Virus record (IMG/VR): IMGVR_UViG_3300044970_001619
Coordinates: 1-64,000 of that record
Strand: one strand, 5' to 3'
From: an uncultured virus (IMG/VR IMGVR_UViG_3300044970_001619)
Taxonomy: Duplodnaviria; Heunggongvirae; Uroviricota; Caudoviricetes
Length of the DNA stretch: 64,000 nucleotides
Made by a program: the position numbers and the translations under genes. Each line of letters opens with the position of its first letter. Positions within the stretch are counted from its first letter, which is position 1. A model generated the notes under the pieces. It was not told where the DNA came from, made no database searches, and was given only the letters and a program-made list of their open reading frames with translations. Below, piece by piece: positions 63,653 to 64,000 of the stretch.

Positions 63653-64000
63653 TTATTCTCCTCCAAGTGCTAAAATGAATGGTGTCATTGATGAAAACAA
63701 ACTCTTAGAATAAATTGTTCCACTAATTGTTCCTGTTTGTTGGTTAATGGTAACACCATCTCCTATTCTAAAATTTCCAGATTGGTCTGTACTTGTATAA
63801 ACAACTAATCCACCATTTCTCATATCAATTTCATTTTCTTGAATTGCAACACCACCAGTTACAGGTAAAGCAGATGCGATGTTTGTTCCTGACCCAATAT
63901 ATTCAAATGAATGACCAGATGCTAAAATACGACTTTGCTTAAAGAAAAAAGTTGTAGTTCCAACTCCAACGGAAAATGGAACACTATCATTTAAAATAAT
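63653..64000 (-). CDS. C-terminus of a tail-fibre-like structural protein (truncated by the window edge)
   Basis: hand-translated SRILASGHSFEYIGSG...GGLVVYTSTDQSGNFRIGDG...PFILALGGE*. Confidence 0.8.
   Translation of the reverse strand: MILNDSVPFSVGVGTTTFFFKQSRILASGHSFEYIGSGTNIASALPVTGGVAIQENEIDMRNGGLVVYTSTDQSGNFRIGDGVTINQQTGTISGTIYSKSLFSSMTPFILALGGE

Overview
Fragment of a large T4-like cyanomyovirus genome. The host is probably a picocyanobacterium of the Synechococcus/Cyanobium clade, judged from the tmRNA tag peptide, petF and the cobS-like gene. Nearly all genes are on the minus strand. Layout by position: (1) about 0-9 kb, a dense array of tiny, translationally coupled early ORFs joined by shared junction sequences. 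(2) About 9-18 kb, an RNA island: a circularly permuted two-piece tmRNA, 28 tRNA or tRNA-like genes covering all 20 amino acids (including a group I intron-split tRNA-Leu(UAA), Thr(AGU), Ile(UAU), a short-arm Leu(UAG) and a non-canonical long-arm UAU tRNA), two HNH homing endonucleases, two DNA methyltransferases each with a nuclease-like neighbour, and an Hc1-like protein. (3) About 18.5-33.5 kb, basic proteins carrying the T4 capsid-targeting sequence, small ORFs, petF, a CobS-like AAA ATPase with its vWA partner, two GIY-YIG endonucleases and a stand-alone sRNA candidate. (4) About 33.6-49 kb, glycosyl-, sulfo- and methyltransferases and 2OG-Fe(II) oxygenases interleaved with three paralogous Kelch-like propeller proteins. 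(5) About 49-64 kb, virion and tail-fibre genes with proline-free Gly-Thr-Gln collagen-like tracts. A 12-copy palindrome sits at a fixed distance upstream of early -10 boxes. All calls were made by eye from the sequence and ORF track; no database searches were run.
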